Assembly (NCBI GenBank): GCA_039679675.1
Contig: JBDKUN010000039.1
Span: forward strand, 1-64,000
Direction: 5' to 3'
Length of the DNA: 64,000 bases
Origin: Armatimonadota bacterium
GTDB lineage: Bacteria; Armatimonadota; UBA5829; DTLH01
Made by a program: the position numbers and the translations under genes. Below the pieces are notes generated by a model, which saw nothing but the letters and a program-made list of their open reading frames with translations, had not been told where the DNA came from and did no database searches. The first letter of the stretch is position 1. Every line of letters starts with the position of its first letter. Shown piece by piece: positions 48,455 to 59,079 of the stretch.

Positions 48455-49204
48455 TCACATCACCATTCCGCCGTCCACATTTATGACTTGTCCGGTCAGG
48501 TAGCTCGCAGCTTCGGAGCAAAGGAACATTATGACCTTCGCAACGTCGTCAGGAGTTCCAAGGCGTGTGAGCGGAATCTGCTTTTCGATAGACTTCTTGG
48601 CCTGTTCGGACATCTCCTCGGTCATTACCGTCTGGATGAACCCCGGCGCTACGGCGTTCACGTTTATCCCGCGTGAACCGAACTCTTTTGCCGTCGTCTT
48701 GGTAAGCGCGATAACTCCGCCCTTCGATGCGGAATAGTTCGCCTGTCCGGCGTTCCCGACTATCCCCATGACGGAGGCTACATTCACGATCTTTCCGCTC
48801 CGCTGCCTGAGCATCACTTTAGATACGGCTTTCGTGCAGTTAAATGTGCCCTTAAGGTTCGTATTCAGCACGGAATCCCACTCTGCTTCGGTCATCCTCA
48901 GAATCAGGTTGTCCCGTGTGATGCCTGCATTGTTCACGAGTATATCAATTCTACCGAACTTGTCAACTGCCGAGCTCACCAGGCGCTCTACATCAGCCGG
49001 ATCGGCCACATTTGCCTGCACAGCCAGAGCTTCACCGCCGACTGATTTGATTTCTTCCGCCAATGCTGTGGCGTTCTCTTCAACATAGTCCGTTATAACT
49101 ATCTTCGCGCCAGCTTTGACGAGCTCAAGGCAGATCGATCTTCCTATTCCTTTACCGTTTCTGCCCGCGCCGGTAACTAGCGCTACTTTTCCTTCAAGTT
49201 CCAC
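48455..49204 (-). CDS. fabG: 3-oxoacyl-ACP reductase
   Basis: NNAGITRD, GQANYSASK, PGFI, VDGGM. Confidence 0.95.
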   Translation of the reverse strand: MELEGKVALVTGAGRNGKGIGRSICLELVKAGAKIVITDYVEENATALAEEIKSVGGEALAVQANVADPADVERLVSSAVDKFGRIDILVNNAGITRDNLILRMTEAEWDSVLNTNLKGTFNCTKAVSKVMLRQRSGKIVNVASVMGIVGNAGQANYSASKGGVIALTKTTAKEFGSRGINVNAVAPGFIQTVMTEEMSEQAKKSIEKQIPLTRLGTPDDVAKVIMFLCSEAASYLTGQVINVDGGMVM

Positions 49205-49260
49205 TAAAAACCTCCACTATGGATTCTTGATCCCGAAAGCACGAAATAGGGAATAGGAAT

Positions 49261-49391
49261 ACGTCATTCCGAGCATGACTCGGAATCCAGGAAAAAGAAT
49301 GGACCCTGAATCTATGGATTTTCGGCTATAGCCGAAAATCTTCCGGGCGAGTTTCAGGTATAACCTGAAACTCCATAGTTCAGGGTGACGT
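49261..49391. repeat. Inverted element A variant interrupted by element B (49312-49378)
   Basis: Reverse-complement match to 32359-32425 with compensatory stem changes; insert bounded by CTATGGA...TCCATAG. Confidence 0.85.
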
Positions 49392-49486
49392 GCTATATTT
49401 CCTGATGCTTCGGGACCGCTTTTCGTCCCGAAGCACGGCATCCACCAATCCCTTTCTCCCTCTCGTGTTTTCGTGAGAAATAACCG

Positions 49487-50419
49487 TCAGCCTAGAAGCG
49501 ATTCCAGCGACTTTGTGTCGCCTACACTCGCTGTAAATATACCTTTCGCAATCCTGTTGATAAGTCCGGCGAGCACTGTTCCCGAACCGGCCTCAATAAA
49601 GCCTTCTATACCGTCGCCGAAAAGTTTTTGGATCGACTCTTCCCAGCGCACACTGCCCACTATCTGTCCAGCAAGCGCGGAGCGCACCTCGTCAGCTGTC
49701 TTTACGTAGTCAGCTGTAACATTGGCGACCACGGGAATTGCCGGATCTTTGATCTCCGCCTTGTCGAGTTCCGACTTCATCTCTTCAGCAGCTTTGGCCA
49801 TAAGCCTGGAGTGAAACGCGCCGCTCACCTTGAGCGGAAGGACCCTTTTCGCGCCGAGTTCCTTTGCGATCTTACCGGCTTCTTCAACCGCCGCCGGTTC
49901 GCCGGAGATCACGACCTGTCCGGGCGAATTGTAGTTGGCTACATCGACTGCGCCCGTGGGCTGCGCCTTCTCGACCGCCGACCGGACGGCATCAGCAGAA
50001 AGCCCGAGTACAGCGGCCATCATCCCTGGCTGGGCTGAAGCAGCTTCGTTCATGAGCTCTCCACGTCTTCTGACAAGCCGGACAGCCTCAGCAAGCTCTA
50101 TGGAACCTGCGGCGACCAGCGCCGCGTACTCGCCTACACTGTGCCCGGCTACTGCGACAGGTCGCACTCCGCGGGATTCCAGCACACGGAATGCAGCAAC
50201 GCTTGCGACAAGCAGCGCCGGTTGGGTGTTTATCGTTCGAGTCAGTTCATCTTCCGGGCCCTCGAACATTAGCCTGGAAAGCTCAAAGCCAAGGGCGGAG
50301 TCGGCGACGTCGAAGGCCTCTCTCGCTATCGGGAAAGTTTCGTAGAGGTCTCGACCCATGCCGACCGATTGTGATCCCTGCCCTGGGAAGACGAACGCGA
50401 TCTTAGTCGGTAGAGTCAT
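49487..50419 (-). CDS. fabD: Malonyl-CoA:ACP transacylase
   Basis: FPGQGSQ, TQPAL, GHSVGE, SGAFHS. Confidence 0.95.
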   Translation of the reverse strand: MTLPTKIAFVFPGQGSQSVGMGRDLYETFPIAREAFDVADSALGFELSRLMFEGPEDELTRTINTQPALLVASVAAFRVLESRGVRPVAVAGHSVGEYAALVAAGSIELAEAVRLVRRRGELMNEAASAQPGMMAAVLGLSADAVRSAVEKAQPTGAVDVANYNSPGQVVISGEPAAVEEAGKIAKELGAKRVLPLKVSGAFHSRLMAKAAEEMKSELDKAEIKDPAIPVVANVTADYVKTADEVRSALAGQIVGSVRWEESIQKLFGDGIEGFIEAGSGTVLAGLINRIAKGIFTASVGDTKSLESLLG

Positions 50420-51425
50420 TTTTGGAGTCGGTCTCCCACTTGATAACATTAGCTGCCCAGGTAAGCCCCGCACCGAACCCGACGACTACGACCAGGTCGT
50501 CTTTTTTCAATTTTCCTTCACGCACAGCTTCATCCAGGGCAATCGGTATGGACGCGGCGGATGTATTGCCGTATTTATGCACGTTTACGAATACCTTCTC
50601 AGGCGGAAGCTTGAGCCTTCTGGCGGCGGAATCAATGATCCGAAGGTTAGCCTGGTGCGGCACGAACAGGTCGATATCCTCCGGGGCTAACCCGCACTGT
50701 TCGAGTGCCTTTGCGGAGGCATCGCCCATTATTTTGACAGCAAATTTGAAAACTTCCGGTCCGGCCATCTTGATAGAATGCTGGCGAGTCTGGACTGTCT
50801 CTTGAGTCGTAGGCATCCTGGAGCCGCCCGCATCGATCTTTAGAAGCTCCGCCCCGGAGCCATCAGAACCCAGAAGGACGGACAGTATCCCGTGATCATC
50901 ATCCGTAGGAGCAAGCACAGCCGCTCCCGCTCCGTCGCCGAAAAGCACGCAGGTCGATCTGTCCTCAAAATCAATCAGCCTGGTCAAGAGATCGACACCG
51001 ATCACGAGGACTTTGTTGTAAATACCGGAACCTATAAACCCTGAAGCAACGGACATGCCGTATACGAACCCAGAGCAGCCTGCTGCCAAGTCGAACGCTG
51101 CAGCGTTCACGGCGCCGACCTTATGCTGGATGATCGACGCAGTAGACGGGAGCGGCATATCGCCGCTTACTGTCGCGCAGATCACCAAATCGATCTCGTC
51201 GGGTGAAACCCCGGCATGTTTCAGGGCTGCAGTTGCCGCACGCGAACCCAAATCCGATGCAGCATCTTCCTTCGGAGCCATCCGTCTTTCTTTGATTCCG
51301 GTGCGGGACACTATCCACTCGTCGCTTGTATCGACGATCTTCTCGAAATACTCGTTGGTAAGCACCTTTTCCGGAACGGATGAGCCTATTCCGACAATAC
51401 CAGCCCGTCTAATAGTTTTATTCAT
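50403..51425 (-). CDS. fabH: 3-oxoacyl-ACP synthase III
   Basis: RTGI, AGCSGF, FGDGAGA, HQAN, GNTSAAS. Confidence 0.96.
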   Translation of the reverse strand: MNKTIRRAGIVGIGSSVPEKVLTNEYFEKIVDTSDEWIVSRTGIKERRMAPKEDAASDLGSRAATAALKHAGVSPDEIDLVICATVSGDMPLPSTASIIQHKVGAVNAAAFDLAAGCSGFVYGMSVASGFIGSGIYNKVLVIGVDLLTRLIDFEDRSTCVLFGDGAGAAVLAPTDDDHGILSVLLGSDGSGAELLKIDAGGSRMPTTQETVQTRQHSIKMAGPEVFKFAVKIMGDASAKALEQCGLAPEDIDLFVPHQANLRIIDSAARRLKLPPEKVFVNVHKYGNTSAASIPIALDEAVREGKLKKDDLVVVVGFGAGLTWAANVIKWETDSKNDSTD

Positions 51426-51458
51426 GAATTTGAACCTTACTGGATCCAGTTTCCAGGT

Positions 51459-52466
51459 TTATCTGCCCACTGCCGGACACTTCTCTGCACCTGGAAGCGA
51501 AGTCTTGATGCAGTTAATGATGTCGTGATCCACCGCTTCTTTCGCGGCCCTGATCGCGTTCGTGACGGCTTTGGCATTGGACCTGCCGTGTCCCACGATA
51601 CATATACCGTTCACTCCCAAAAGCGGCGCGCCGCCGTACTGCGAATAATCGAACTGCCGCTTCAGTTTCATCATTGCAGGCTTGATGCAAAGCAAGGGCA
51701 GGAGCAGTAACTTATTCTTACTGAGTTCCTTGAAGTGACCCAGGAGAAAATCTGCAAGCCCTTCACTTACTTTGAGCGCGACATTTCCGACGAACCCATC
51801 CGCAACGATGACATCGGCTATACCCGTAAAAAGGTCCCTGCCTTCGACGTTGCCCACGAAGTTAAGCCCCACCTTTTCAAGCTCTGGATGGGTGGCTTTC
51901 GTAAGCTCGTTGCCTTTGGTCGATTCTTCTCCGATGGAAAGCAGCCCGATACGCGGATTCGGCTTTTTGAACACTTTCTCCGCGTAAATGCTGCCCATCA
52001 CAGCAAACTGCAAAAGGTTATTGACTGTGCAGTCGGCAGTAGCTCCGGCATCCATTAAAATGGTATTGCCGCCCTTACATGGCACTATAGCCGCGATGGC
52101 AGGACGCTCTATACCCGGAATTCTTCCGAGTTTGAGCGCAGCGACAGCCATTGCGGCGGCAGTATTACCCACGCTTATCATAGCATCGGCACGGCCGGAC
52201 CTGATCATGCCCGCAGCTACCACCACAGACGCATTCGGCTTGGTGCGCACGCTGTTTACGCAGTCTTCCATGCCTATACAATCCGGCGTGTGGTGGATCT
52301 CTATCCGGGACAGGCCTTCCGACTGTTTGGGCAGGTAAGCTTTTATCGCTTTTTCGTCACCGACCAGGATTATATCGATGCCGTACAAGGAAGCGCCTTC
52401 TACAGCTCCTTTCACGATCTCGGCAGGAGCATAGTCACCGCCCATTGCATCGACTGCAATCTTCAT
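51459..52466 (-). CDS. plsX: Phosphate acyltransferase
   Basis: DAMGGD, IERPA, DGFVGN, GGAPLLG, HGRS. Confidence 0.96.
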   Translation of the reverse strand: MKIAVDAMGGDYAPAEIVKGAVEGASLYGIDIILVGDEKAIKAYLPKQSEGLSRIEIHHTPDCIGMEDCVNSVRTKPNASVVVAAGMIRSGRADAMISVGNTAAAMAVAALKLGRIPGIERPAIAAIVPCKGGNTILMDAGATADCTVNNLLQFAVMGSIYAEKVFKKPNPRIGLLSIGEESTKGNELTKATHPELEKVGLNFVGNVEGRDLFTGIADVIVADGFVGNVALKVSEGLADFLLGHFKELSKNKLLLLPLLCIKPAMMKLKRQFDYSQYGGAPLLGVNGICIVGHGRSNAKAVTNAIRAAKEAVDHDIINCIKTSLPGAEKCPAVGR

Positions 52467-52505
52467 TTTAAAGAGCCCTCTCGTGCGATCTGCATGGCGC
52501 GCAAG

Positions 52506-52700
52506 CTACTCTTCTGTCTTTCTTTCCTTTTTCTCGATTACCAGCCGGCCATTGTAGAAACCGCAGGACGGGCACACATGGTGCGATAACCGAGGCGCAT
52601 GGCAGCGCGGGCAAGCCGAAACGTTCGGTGCCGTGAGCTTCCAGTTAGCTCTACGCTTGGCCTGTCTGGCCGATGAATGTCTTCTTTTCGGAAGTGGCAT
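52506..52700 (-). CDS. rpmF: 50S ribosomal protein L32
   Basis: MPLPKRRHS, CPRC...CPSCGFY zinc motif. Confidence 0.96.
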   Translation of the reverse strand: MPLPKRRHSSARQAKRRANWKLTAPNVSACPRCHAPRLSHHVCPSCGFYNGRLVIEKKERKTEE

Positions 52701-52740
52701 CTATATACTCCTTTTATAGCTTGTAGCTATCAGCTAGTAA

Positions 52741-53277
52741 TTATTCTTCTTCATTCTCCTCTTCAAGCATACCTTGAAGAGCGGAAAAAGGTGACTCCTG
52801 AATGGTCACCGGGCAATCACATGGCCCTTCGTTCAGGTTTTTACCGCATGTCGGACAAAGCCCCTTGCAGGCATCGCTGCAAAGCGGCTTTATAGGCAGT
52901 TGCACTACGATTGCCTGCCTGATATACTCCGACAGGTCGAATATGTTATTTTCGAAAAAGCTCGATACTTCCTCTTCTTCTTCGAAATCTTCGTCTTCTA
53001 CAGGCTCGATAAGGAAGTTCTTTATCGGAAGCTGCTCTTCTACCTTCACTTCTACAGGCAAAGTCAGCTTTTCGAGGCACCTGCTGCAGTCCAGTTCGAC
53101 GGTCGTGCTGAAATTGCCGCGGACTATTATCAAGCGCCCGGTATTAGTAAAGTCAATAGCGCCTGTTATCGGACTGATGCAGCGAAAATCTTCGTTTTCG
53201 AAGCACTGCTCTCTTATATCATAATGATATGTCTTGCCGAGATTGCCTGCAACCTCGCTCAGATCGAGCCTCATCAT
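52741..53277 (-). CDS. YceD/DUF177 family protein
   Basis: CSRCL, PLCSDACKGLCPTCGKNLN; directly upstream of rpmF. Confidence 0.92.
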   Translation of the reverse strand: MMRLDLSEVAGNLGKTYHYDIREQCFENEDFRCISPITGAIDFTNTGRLIIVRGNFSTTVELDCSRCLEKLTLPVEVKVEEQLPIKNFLIEPVEDEDFEEEEEVSSFFENNIFDLSEYIRQAIVVQLPIKPLCSDACKGLCPTCGKNLNEGPCDCPVTIQESPFSALQGMLEEENEEE

Positions 53278-53284
53278 ATTTATC

Positions 53285-54505
53285 CTACGCGCGGGGAGAC
53301 TTGCCTGTTACAATCTCAACCGTGTCGCGCGCGATCATCATTTCTTCGTTGGTCGGTATCACGAATGTGCGTACCCGGGCATTATCCGCGCTGATGTCGG
53401 CTTCATTCCGGGTCTTGGCATTCTTTTCCTGGTCCAGTTCCACTCCAAGGCAGCTCAAACCCTTGGTCGCCTTGTCGCGGATGATGGGGCCGTTCTCACC
53501 GATGCCTCCCGTGAAGACTACGGCATCCAGCCCGCCCATTGCGGCAGCATACGCGCCGATATATTTTCGCACACGATAGCAGAAAATCTCAAGGGCAAGA
53601 GTACATCTTTCGTCTCCTGCTGCCGTTCCATCTTCTATATCGCGCATATCGCTGGACTTTCCGGAAATCCCCAAAAGCCCGCTTTTCTTGTTTATCAGGT
53701 TATCTACTTCATCGACGCTTAAGTTCAGCTCTCTCTGGATGAAGAGCAGAATAGCCGGGTCGAGATCGCCTGACCTCGTTCCCATCATAAGCCCTTCAGC
53801 TGGAGTCAGACCCATGCTGGTGTCTATGACTTTTCCGCCGACGATTGCGGCCATGCTGCAGCCGTTGCCGAGGTGGCACGTGATCATTTTGAGCGTCGAC
53901 GGATCGGCGCCTTTCGCGGCCATAAGCTTGGACGCGCGCGCGCTCACATACTTGTGAGACGTACCATGGAACCCGTAACGCCGGATACCGTGGTCAGCGT
54001 ACAACTTGTACGGCAGCGCATAGGTGTATGCATAGCTCGGAATCGTCGAATGAAACGCCGTATCGAACACCGTGACCTGCGGCACTCCCGGCATCAGTCT
54101 CATGCAGGCCTTTATGCCCATCAGGTTCGCCGGGTTGTGAAGCGGCGCAAGATTGCTTACCTTGGCAATCTCCGTGAGTGTTTCTTCTGTAACAAGCACG
54201 GACGAAGTGAACTTTTCTCCGCCATGTACTACTCTATGGCCGACTGCAGCGATCTCTGAGATGTTCGAGATGGCTCCGTCAACAGGATCAGTGAGCACCT
54301 TGAACACGAGGTCCATTGCGACATCGTGGTTCGGCAGCGGCGCATTGATCACTTTCTTGCCGTTTTTCCCGGCCTCATACTTGAGCGCCCCTTCGGCAAG
54401 GCCGATGCGCTCCGCAAGACCCTTGGCCAGAACTTCTTCCGTGTCTGATTCGATCAATTGATACTTAAGGGATGAACTCCCGCTGTTTAATACAAGAACC
54501 TTCAT
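53285..54505 (-). CDS. ackA: Acetate kinase
   Basis: NSGSSSLK, GHRVVHGG, FDTAFH, GFHGTSH, PTNEE. Confidence 0.96.
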   Translation of the reverse strand: MKVLVLNSGSSSLKYQLIESDTEEVLAKGLAERIGLAEGALKYEAGKNGKKVINAPLPNHDVAMDLVFKVLTDPVDGAISNISEIAAVGHRVVHGGEKFTSSVLVTEETLTEIAKVSNLAPLHNPANLMGIKACMRLMPGVPQVTVFDTAFHSTIPSYAYTYALPYKLYADHGIRRYGFHGTSHKYVSARASKLMAAKGADPSTLKMITCHLGNGCSMAAIVGGKVIDTSMGLTPAEGLMMGTRSGDLDPAILLFIQRELNLSVDEVDNLINKKSGLLGISGKSSDMRDIEDGTAAGDERCTLALEIFCYRVRKYIGAYAAAMGGLDAVVFTGGIGENGPIIRDKATKGLSCLGVELDQEKNAKTRNEADISADNARVRTFVIPTNEEMMIARDTVEIVTGKSPRA

Positions 54506-55500
54506 TCTGTTATTGCCTGAACTGCAGTAATGGCGGCAACATTGACTATGTCAGACCAATTGCAGCCGCGTGAAAGGTCGTTTACCGGCTTTCGCAGCCC
54601 CTGAAGGACAGGGCCGTAAGCCTCTGCCTTCGCGAGCCGCTCCGTGAGCTTGTAAGCGATGTTTCCGGCGTTCAAATCCGGGAATATAAGCACGTTCGCT
54701 TTACCGGCGACCGGACTGCCCGGCGCCTTGCTTTCCGCAATCCACGGAACAAGCGCGGCATCGCCCTGCAGTTCGCCGTCGATCAACAGATCAGGCCTCC
54801 GCTCCTTTGCGATCTTAGTCGCTTCTATAACTTTGTCGATAATCGGGTCGCTTGCGCTCCCCTTGGTCGACAGCGAAAGCATTGCTACCTTCGGTTCGAC
54901 ACTGAATAACTGACGCATGGTCTTGGCACTTGTGATCGCGATCTCCGCAAGCTCAGTAGCGTTCGGATTGATGACGAGTCCGCTGTCGCTGTAGATAAAC
55001 AGCCCCTTCTCGCCGTATTCGCAGTCCGGAACGATCATAACGAAAAAGCTCGACGCAATCGACACGTCAGGAGCGCATTTCAGCACCTGAAGCGCAGGGC
55101 GGACGGTATCTGCTGTCGAATGGACAGCTCCGGACACCTGCCCATCGGCCTCGTCGGTGTAGACCATCATAACGCCATAATAAAGCGGGTCTTTTACGGT
55201 TTCCAGCGCCTGCTCGGGTGTGATGCCTTTCTTCTTTCTCATTTCGTAGAAGAGATTGGCATATTCCTGCAGCTTTGGAGATGTCTCCGGGTCTATGCAG
55301 TTCAGTTTCGATAGATCGACACCTGCTTTAGATGCCGCTTCGGTAACTTCGCTCTTTTTACCGACAACTACGACTTTTGCGATCTCACGAGCAGTTATCT
55401 CCTGCGCAGCTTTTACCACACGAGGGTCGTCGCCTTCGGGCAGGACGATAGTCTTCTGTGCAGCCCGCGCCTTGGCATAAATGCCTTCCATTACTTTCAT
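54502..55500 (-). CDS. pta: Phosphate acetyltransferase
   Basis: LPEG, DGELQ, FPDLNAGNIAYK, NDLSRG. Confidence 0.95.
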   Translation of the reverse strand: MKVMEGIYAKARAAQKTIVLPEGDDPRVVKAAQEITAREIAKVVVVGKKSEVTEAASKAGVDLSKLNCIDPETSPKLQEYANLFYEMRKKKGITPEQALETVKDPLYYGVMMVYTDEADGQVSGAVHSTADTVRPALQVLKCAPDVSIASSFFVMIVPDCEYGEKGLFIYSDSGLVINPNATELAEIAITSAKTMRQLFSVEPKVAMLSLSTKGSASDPIIDKVIEATKIAKERRPDLLIDGELQGDAALVPWIAESKAPGSPVAGKANVLIFPDLNAGNIAYKLTERLAKAEAYGPVLQGLRKPVNDLSRGCNWSDIVNVAAITAVQAITE

Positions 55501-55626
55501 TGCCGAAAACCGTACCTTTGATTATTATTTTAGATATTGGGTTCCAGGGTACACAAAACAAGCCCTGCTCCGAGACTAATTACAGTCTCGAAGCATAGCA
55601 ACCCCTAAACCTGAATCTTGCTGACC

Positions 55627-56226
55627 TTATCTTCTTCCGAGCTCTCTTGCCGGTGGAAGCACCGCCTCTTTAGACGGCTTCGTATACTGGATGCGCTGGT
55701 CCAACTTCTCCCGGCCTCTCTGGATGGTCCCCATCAGTTTGACTGTGAAGTTTTCGAGGTTCGCCAGGACCTCTCTTGCATATTCGTCCGCACCGCGCCT
55801 GATCTCTCTCGCGGATGCTTCCGCGCTCGCCACGATCTCTCTTGCCTGCGCTGTCGCAAGCCTGTTGATCTCGCTTGTCTCGACGAGCTTATCCGACTGG
55901 GATTTGGCATCCTCTACCGTTCGAGTTGCCTCTTCCCGCGCGTTATCCAGTATGATCTTCGCCTCTTCCTTGGCTACTCTGACTATCTTGTCCGTATCGC
56001 TGGCGAGTCTTGTAGCCGTCCGGACCTCATCCGGCAGTGACGCTCGAATCTTATTAATGAGCATATGCAATTCTTCTGTCTTTATGCCGTATGCTCTACC
56101 CCATATTTCAAAAAAGTTGCTTTCTACTGCATCCTCGAGCTTATCGAGGAGTTTAAGTATATCCTCTTCAGGTCCTCTCTGATTTATGAAAGGATACCTT
56201 TGTATCGGTGCCTGCTCTTGGTTCAT
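55627..56226 (-). CDS. Conserved coiled-coil protein (DivIVA/ATPase-subunit-like) downstream of coaD
   Basis: IRASLPDEV, A..EA..I heptads, GADEYA motif; usual coaD-linked position. Confidence 0.75.
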   Translation of the reverse strand: MNQEQAPIQRYPFINQRGPEEDILKLLDKLEDAVESNFFEIWGRAYGIKTEELHMLINKIRASLPDEVRTATRLASDTDKIVRVAKEEAKIILDNAREEATRTVEDAKSQSDKLVETSEINRLATAQAREIVASAEASAREIRRGADEYAREVLANLENFTVKLMGTIQRGREKLDQRIQYTKPSKEAVLPPARELGRR

Positions 56227-56232
56227 CTTTAT

Positions 56233-56730
56233 TTAGACCTCCTGCAGCTTGCGAAACTTCTCTTTTAGTCTATATTCTACGGTTTCGGGTACGAGCCCCT
56301 TGACCGAGCCCCCAAACCCTGCAATCTCTCTTACAATACTTGAACTAACGTATGAATACTCTGCACCCGTCATCATAAATACAGTCTCTACCTCAGGAGT
56401 GAGATTCCGGTTTACGAGTGCCATTTGAAATTCTAATTCAAAATCCGATAAAGCCCTGAGGCCCTTTACAATAACTCCGGCATTCTGCTGCCTTACATAA
56501 TCCACTAAGAGTCCATCGAAATAATCGACCCGGACATTTTGAAGATGGCTCGTCGTCTCCTGCAGCATCTCTATCCGCTCCTCTAATGAAAAAAGATGCT
56601 TTTTTGCCGGGTTCGGCGCAACAGCCACTATAACTTCTTCGAACACCCTCGCGGCACGCTCGATTACATCGATATGCCCGCAGGTAACCGGGTCAAAACT
56701 ACCGGGACAGACTGCCTTCACGATAAACAA
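56233..56730 (-). CDS. coaD: Pantetheine-phosphate adenylyltransferase
   Basis: PGSFDPVTCGH, KGLR, VSSS; start may be GTG 56721. Confidence 0.95.
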   Translation of the reverse strand: MFIVKAVCPGSFDPVTCGHIDVIERAARVFEEVIVAVAPNPAKKHLFSLEERIEMLQETTSHLQNVRVDYFDGLLVDYVRQQNAGVIVKGLRALSDFELEFQMALVNRNLTPEVETVFMMTGAEYSYVSSSIVREIAGFGGSVKGLVPETVEYRLKEKFRKLQEV

Positions 56731-56794
56731 CTTAATGTGCAGAGTGGTAAACCCTGCACTTTTCCCTTCTCAATGTAATAGTTCATTCATACTG

Positions 56795-56861
56795 ACGTCA
56801 CCCTGAACTTGATTCAGGGTCCATTCTTTTCCTGGATGCTGAGTCAAGCTCAGCATGACGT
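56795..56861. repeat. 67-bp double-hairpin repeat (element A), copy 2
   Basis: Identical to 32359-32425. Confidence 0.9.
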
Positions 56862-56890
56862 ATTGCTCACTAATTCTGAACTTTTACTTC

Positions 56891-59026
56891 TCAACTAATG
56901 GTTGCGAGTTGAAAATCTTCATATTTCTTAAGCATATCGGACTTCAGCGCCCGAATTTCGGGATTTGCGAGATTCGGATCGATTTTTATCATCTCGAACG
57001 CTTCTTTTCTCGCAAGCTCCAGAATCGGAATGTCACGGAAGATATCCGTAACCTTCAGTGCCGGAATTCCGCTCTGCCTGGTCCCGTAGAACTCACCTGG
57101 CCCACGGATCTTCAAATCTTCTTCCGATATGATAAACCCATCCGTCGTCCGTGTCATCACTCCAAGCCTTGCGGCTGCATCATCGTTCGACGCGTCTCCG
57201 ACCATAACACAAAACGACTGGTTTTCACCTCTGCCGACCCGGCCCCTGAGCTGATGAAGCTGCGCAAGCCCGAAACGGTGCGCATCTTCTATGACCATAA
57301 CGGTAGCATTCGGCACATCGACCCCGACCTCTATGACCGTGGTCGCGACAAGCACATCGATCTCGCCTGCCCGAAACGCCGACATAACTGTATCTTTATC
57401 AGCGGTCTTCATCTGCCCGTGGAGCAGGCCTACTCTCAAATCTGAAAAGACATCATTTGCCAGATGCTTGTAAATCTCCGTCGCGGCCTTTGCCTGCAGC
57501 TTCTCGGACTCCTCGACCAGCGGACAGACTATATATGCCTGCCTTCCCTCGGATACGAGTTTGCGGACACCGGCGTAGACCCTGTCCCTCTCATCGATCT
57601 GCTTCCAGTGAGTGCGGATAGGCTTGCGGCCCGGCGGCAGCTCGTCGATTATGGAAATCTCAAGGTCGCCGTAGACCGTCAAGGTAAGCGTCCGGGGAAT
57701 CGGAGTCGCCGTCATCACGAGCACATCAGGGTTTAAGCCCTTGTCTCTTAAGGCCGCGCGCTGCAGAACGCCAAATCTGTGCTGTTCGTCGATTATCACA
57801 AGCCCCAGCCTGGAAAACTCGACATTTTCCTGTATGACTGCATGCGTTCCGATGGCCAGATTGGTCTCGCCGGAGGCGATCCTCTCGTAAGCTTCCCGCT
57901 TTTTCTTCGCTGTGACGCTTCCGGTCAGGAGATCGACCTTCACATGGAGCGCAGAAAGCATCTGGGAAAGCCCCAGGTAGTGCTGCTCGGCCAAAATCTC
58001 CGTCGGAGCCATAAGCGCGGACTGATAGCCGTTTGCGGCGGCGATCAGAATGGCGGCCATAGCGACGGCGGTCTTTCCTGAGCCTACATCTCCCTGCAGG
58101 AGCCGGTTCATGCAGTCCGGGCGGGCCATACTTTCGCTTATCTCTCGGATAACCTTCTTCTGAGCTCCGGTGAGCTCGAACGGCAGCGCGGAGTGCAACA
58201 TCTCTCTTAAATTTTCAGGGATCTTAAACGATATACCCGCTCCGGGCGTATCAATCTCGCGTTTTCTCAGCGCAAGCGCGAGTTGCAGCATAAAGAGCTC
58301 TTCGAATACGAGCCTTTTTCTCGCCGCCTCAAGCGCCTCCTTGCCTTCGGGAAAATGCATGTTCCTAATGGCATCGGCTATGTCCATCAGATCCAGCCGG
58401 TCGCGCAGCTTTTCCGGCAAAACCTCCGGAACCAGTTTCAAATATCCATCAAGGGCGTTCGATACGATTTTTCGCATCGTGCCCTGAAAGAGTCCTTCTG
58501 TAAGAGGATAGACAGGAACTATTCTCTTCGACGAGAGCGGGCCCTCATCCTCTTTCAGTTCCTCCCACTCCGGGGACTGGATCTCTATCCCCCAGCGGCC
58601 GACCTGCGCCGTGCCGTAGACAATGATCTCCTTGCCCCTCATCTTCAGGAACCGGTCTTTCAGATAATGCTGGTTGAACCAGGTGAGCGTAGCGACTCCG
58701 GAACCGTCATTTATTGCGACTTTGGTAAGGACCAGACCGCCTCGCGGACGGACATTGTCCGATGCGATTATCTGGCCTGCTATGGTGACTTCCTCACCGC
58801 CGCGCAGGCTGCCGATCCTCGCAAGATGCGAGCGGTCTTCGTGTCTGCGCGGAAAATGGTAAATCAGGTCACGTACGTTAAAAATGCCCAGCTTGCCGAG
58901 TACACGAGACATCCTTTCGCCGACGCCCTTTACGAACTGCACCGGCGAGTCGAGTGTCTTGTACGTGGACACGGAGCTGGGTCCTTTTTTAGGCGCAACA
59001 GCGCCTTTAGCCGGTATTATCGCCAT
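56891..59026 (-). CDS. recG: ATP-dependent DNA helicase RecG
   Basis: QGDVGSGKT, DEQHRFG, TATPIPR, QLRGRVGR, RGPGE. Confidence 0.96.
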   Translation of the reverse strand: MAIIPAKGAVAPKKGPSSVSTYKTLDSPVQFVKGVGERMSRVLGKLGIFNVRDLIYHFPRRHEDRSHLARIGSLRGGEEVTIAGQIIASDNVRPRGGLVLTKVAINDGSGVATLTWFNQHYLKDRFLKMRGKEIIVYGTAQVGRWGIEIQSPEWEELKEDEGPLSSKRIVPVYPLTEGLFQGTMRKIVSNALDGYLKLVPEVLPEKLRDRLDLMDIADAIRNMHFPEGKEALEAARKRLVFEELFMLQLALALRKREIDTPGAGISFKIPENLREMLHSALPFELTGAQKKVIREISESMARPDCMNRLLQGDVGSGKTAVAMAAILIAAANGYQSALMAPTEILAEQHYLGLSQMLSALHVKVDLLTGSVTAKKKREAYERIASGETNLAIGTHAVIQENVEFSRLGLVIIDEQHRFGVLQRAALRDKGLNPDVLVMTATPIPRTLTLTVYGDLEISIIDELPPGRKPIRTHWKQIDERDRVYAGVRKLVSEGRQAYIVCPLVEESEKLQAKAATEIYKHLANDVFSDLRVGLLHGQMKTADKDTVMSAFRAGEIDVLVATTVIEVGVDVPNATVMVIEDAHRFGLAQLHQLRGRVGRGENQSFCVMVGDASNDDAAARLGVMTRTTDGFIISEEDLKIRGPGEFYGTRQSGIPALKVTDIFRDIPILELARKEAFEMIKIDPNLANPEIRALKSDMLKKYEDFQLATIS

Positions 59027-59049
59027 TTTAGTTCCCGCTCGCCCATTCG

Positions 59050-59079
59050 ATTATATTAGCCGGATGGCCTTTTTGTCAA
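59050..59079 (-). promoter_or_regulatory. sigma70 promoter of the recG operon
   Basis: Consensus TTGACA-N18-TATAAT on the minus strand. Confidence 0.7.
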
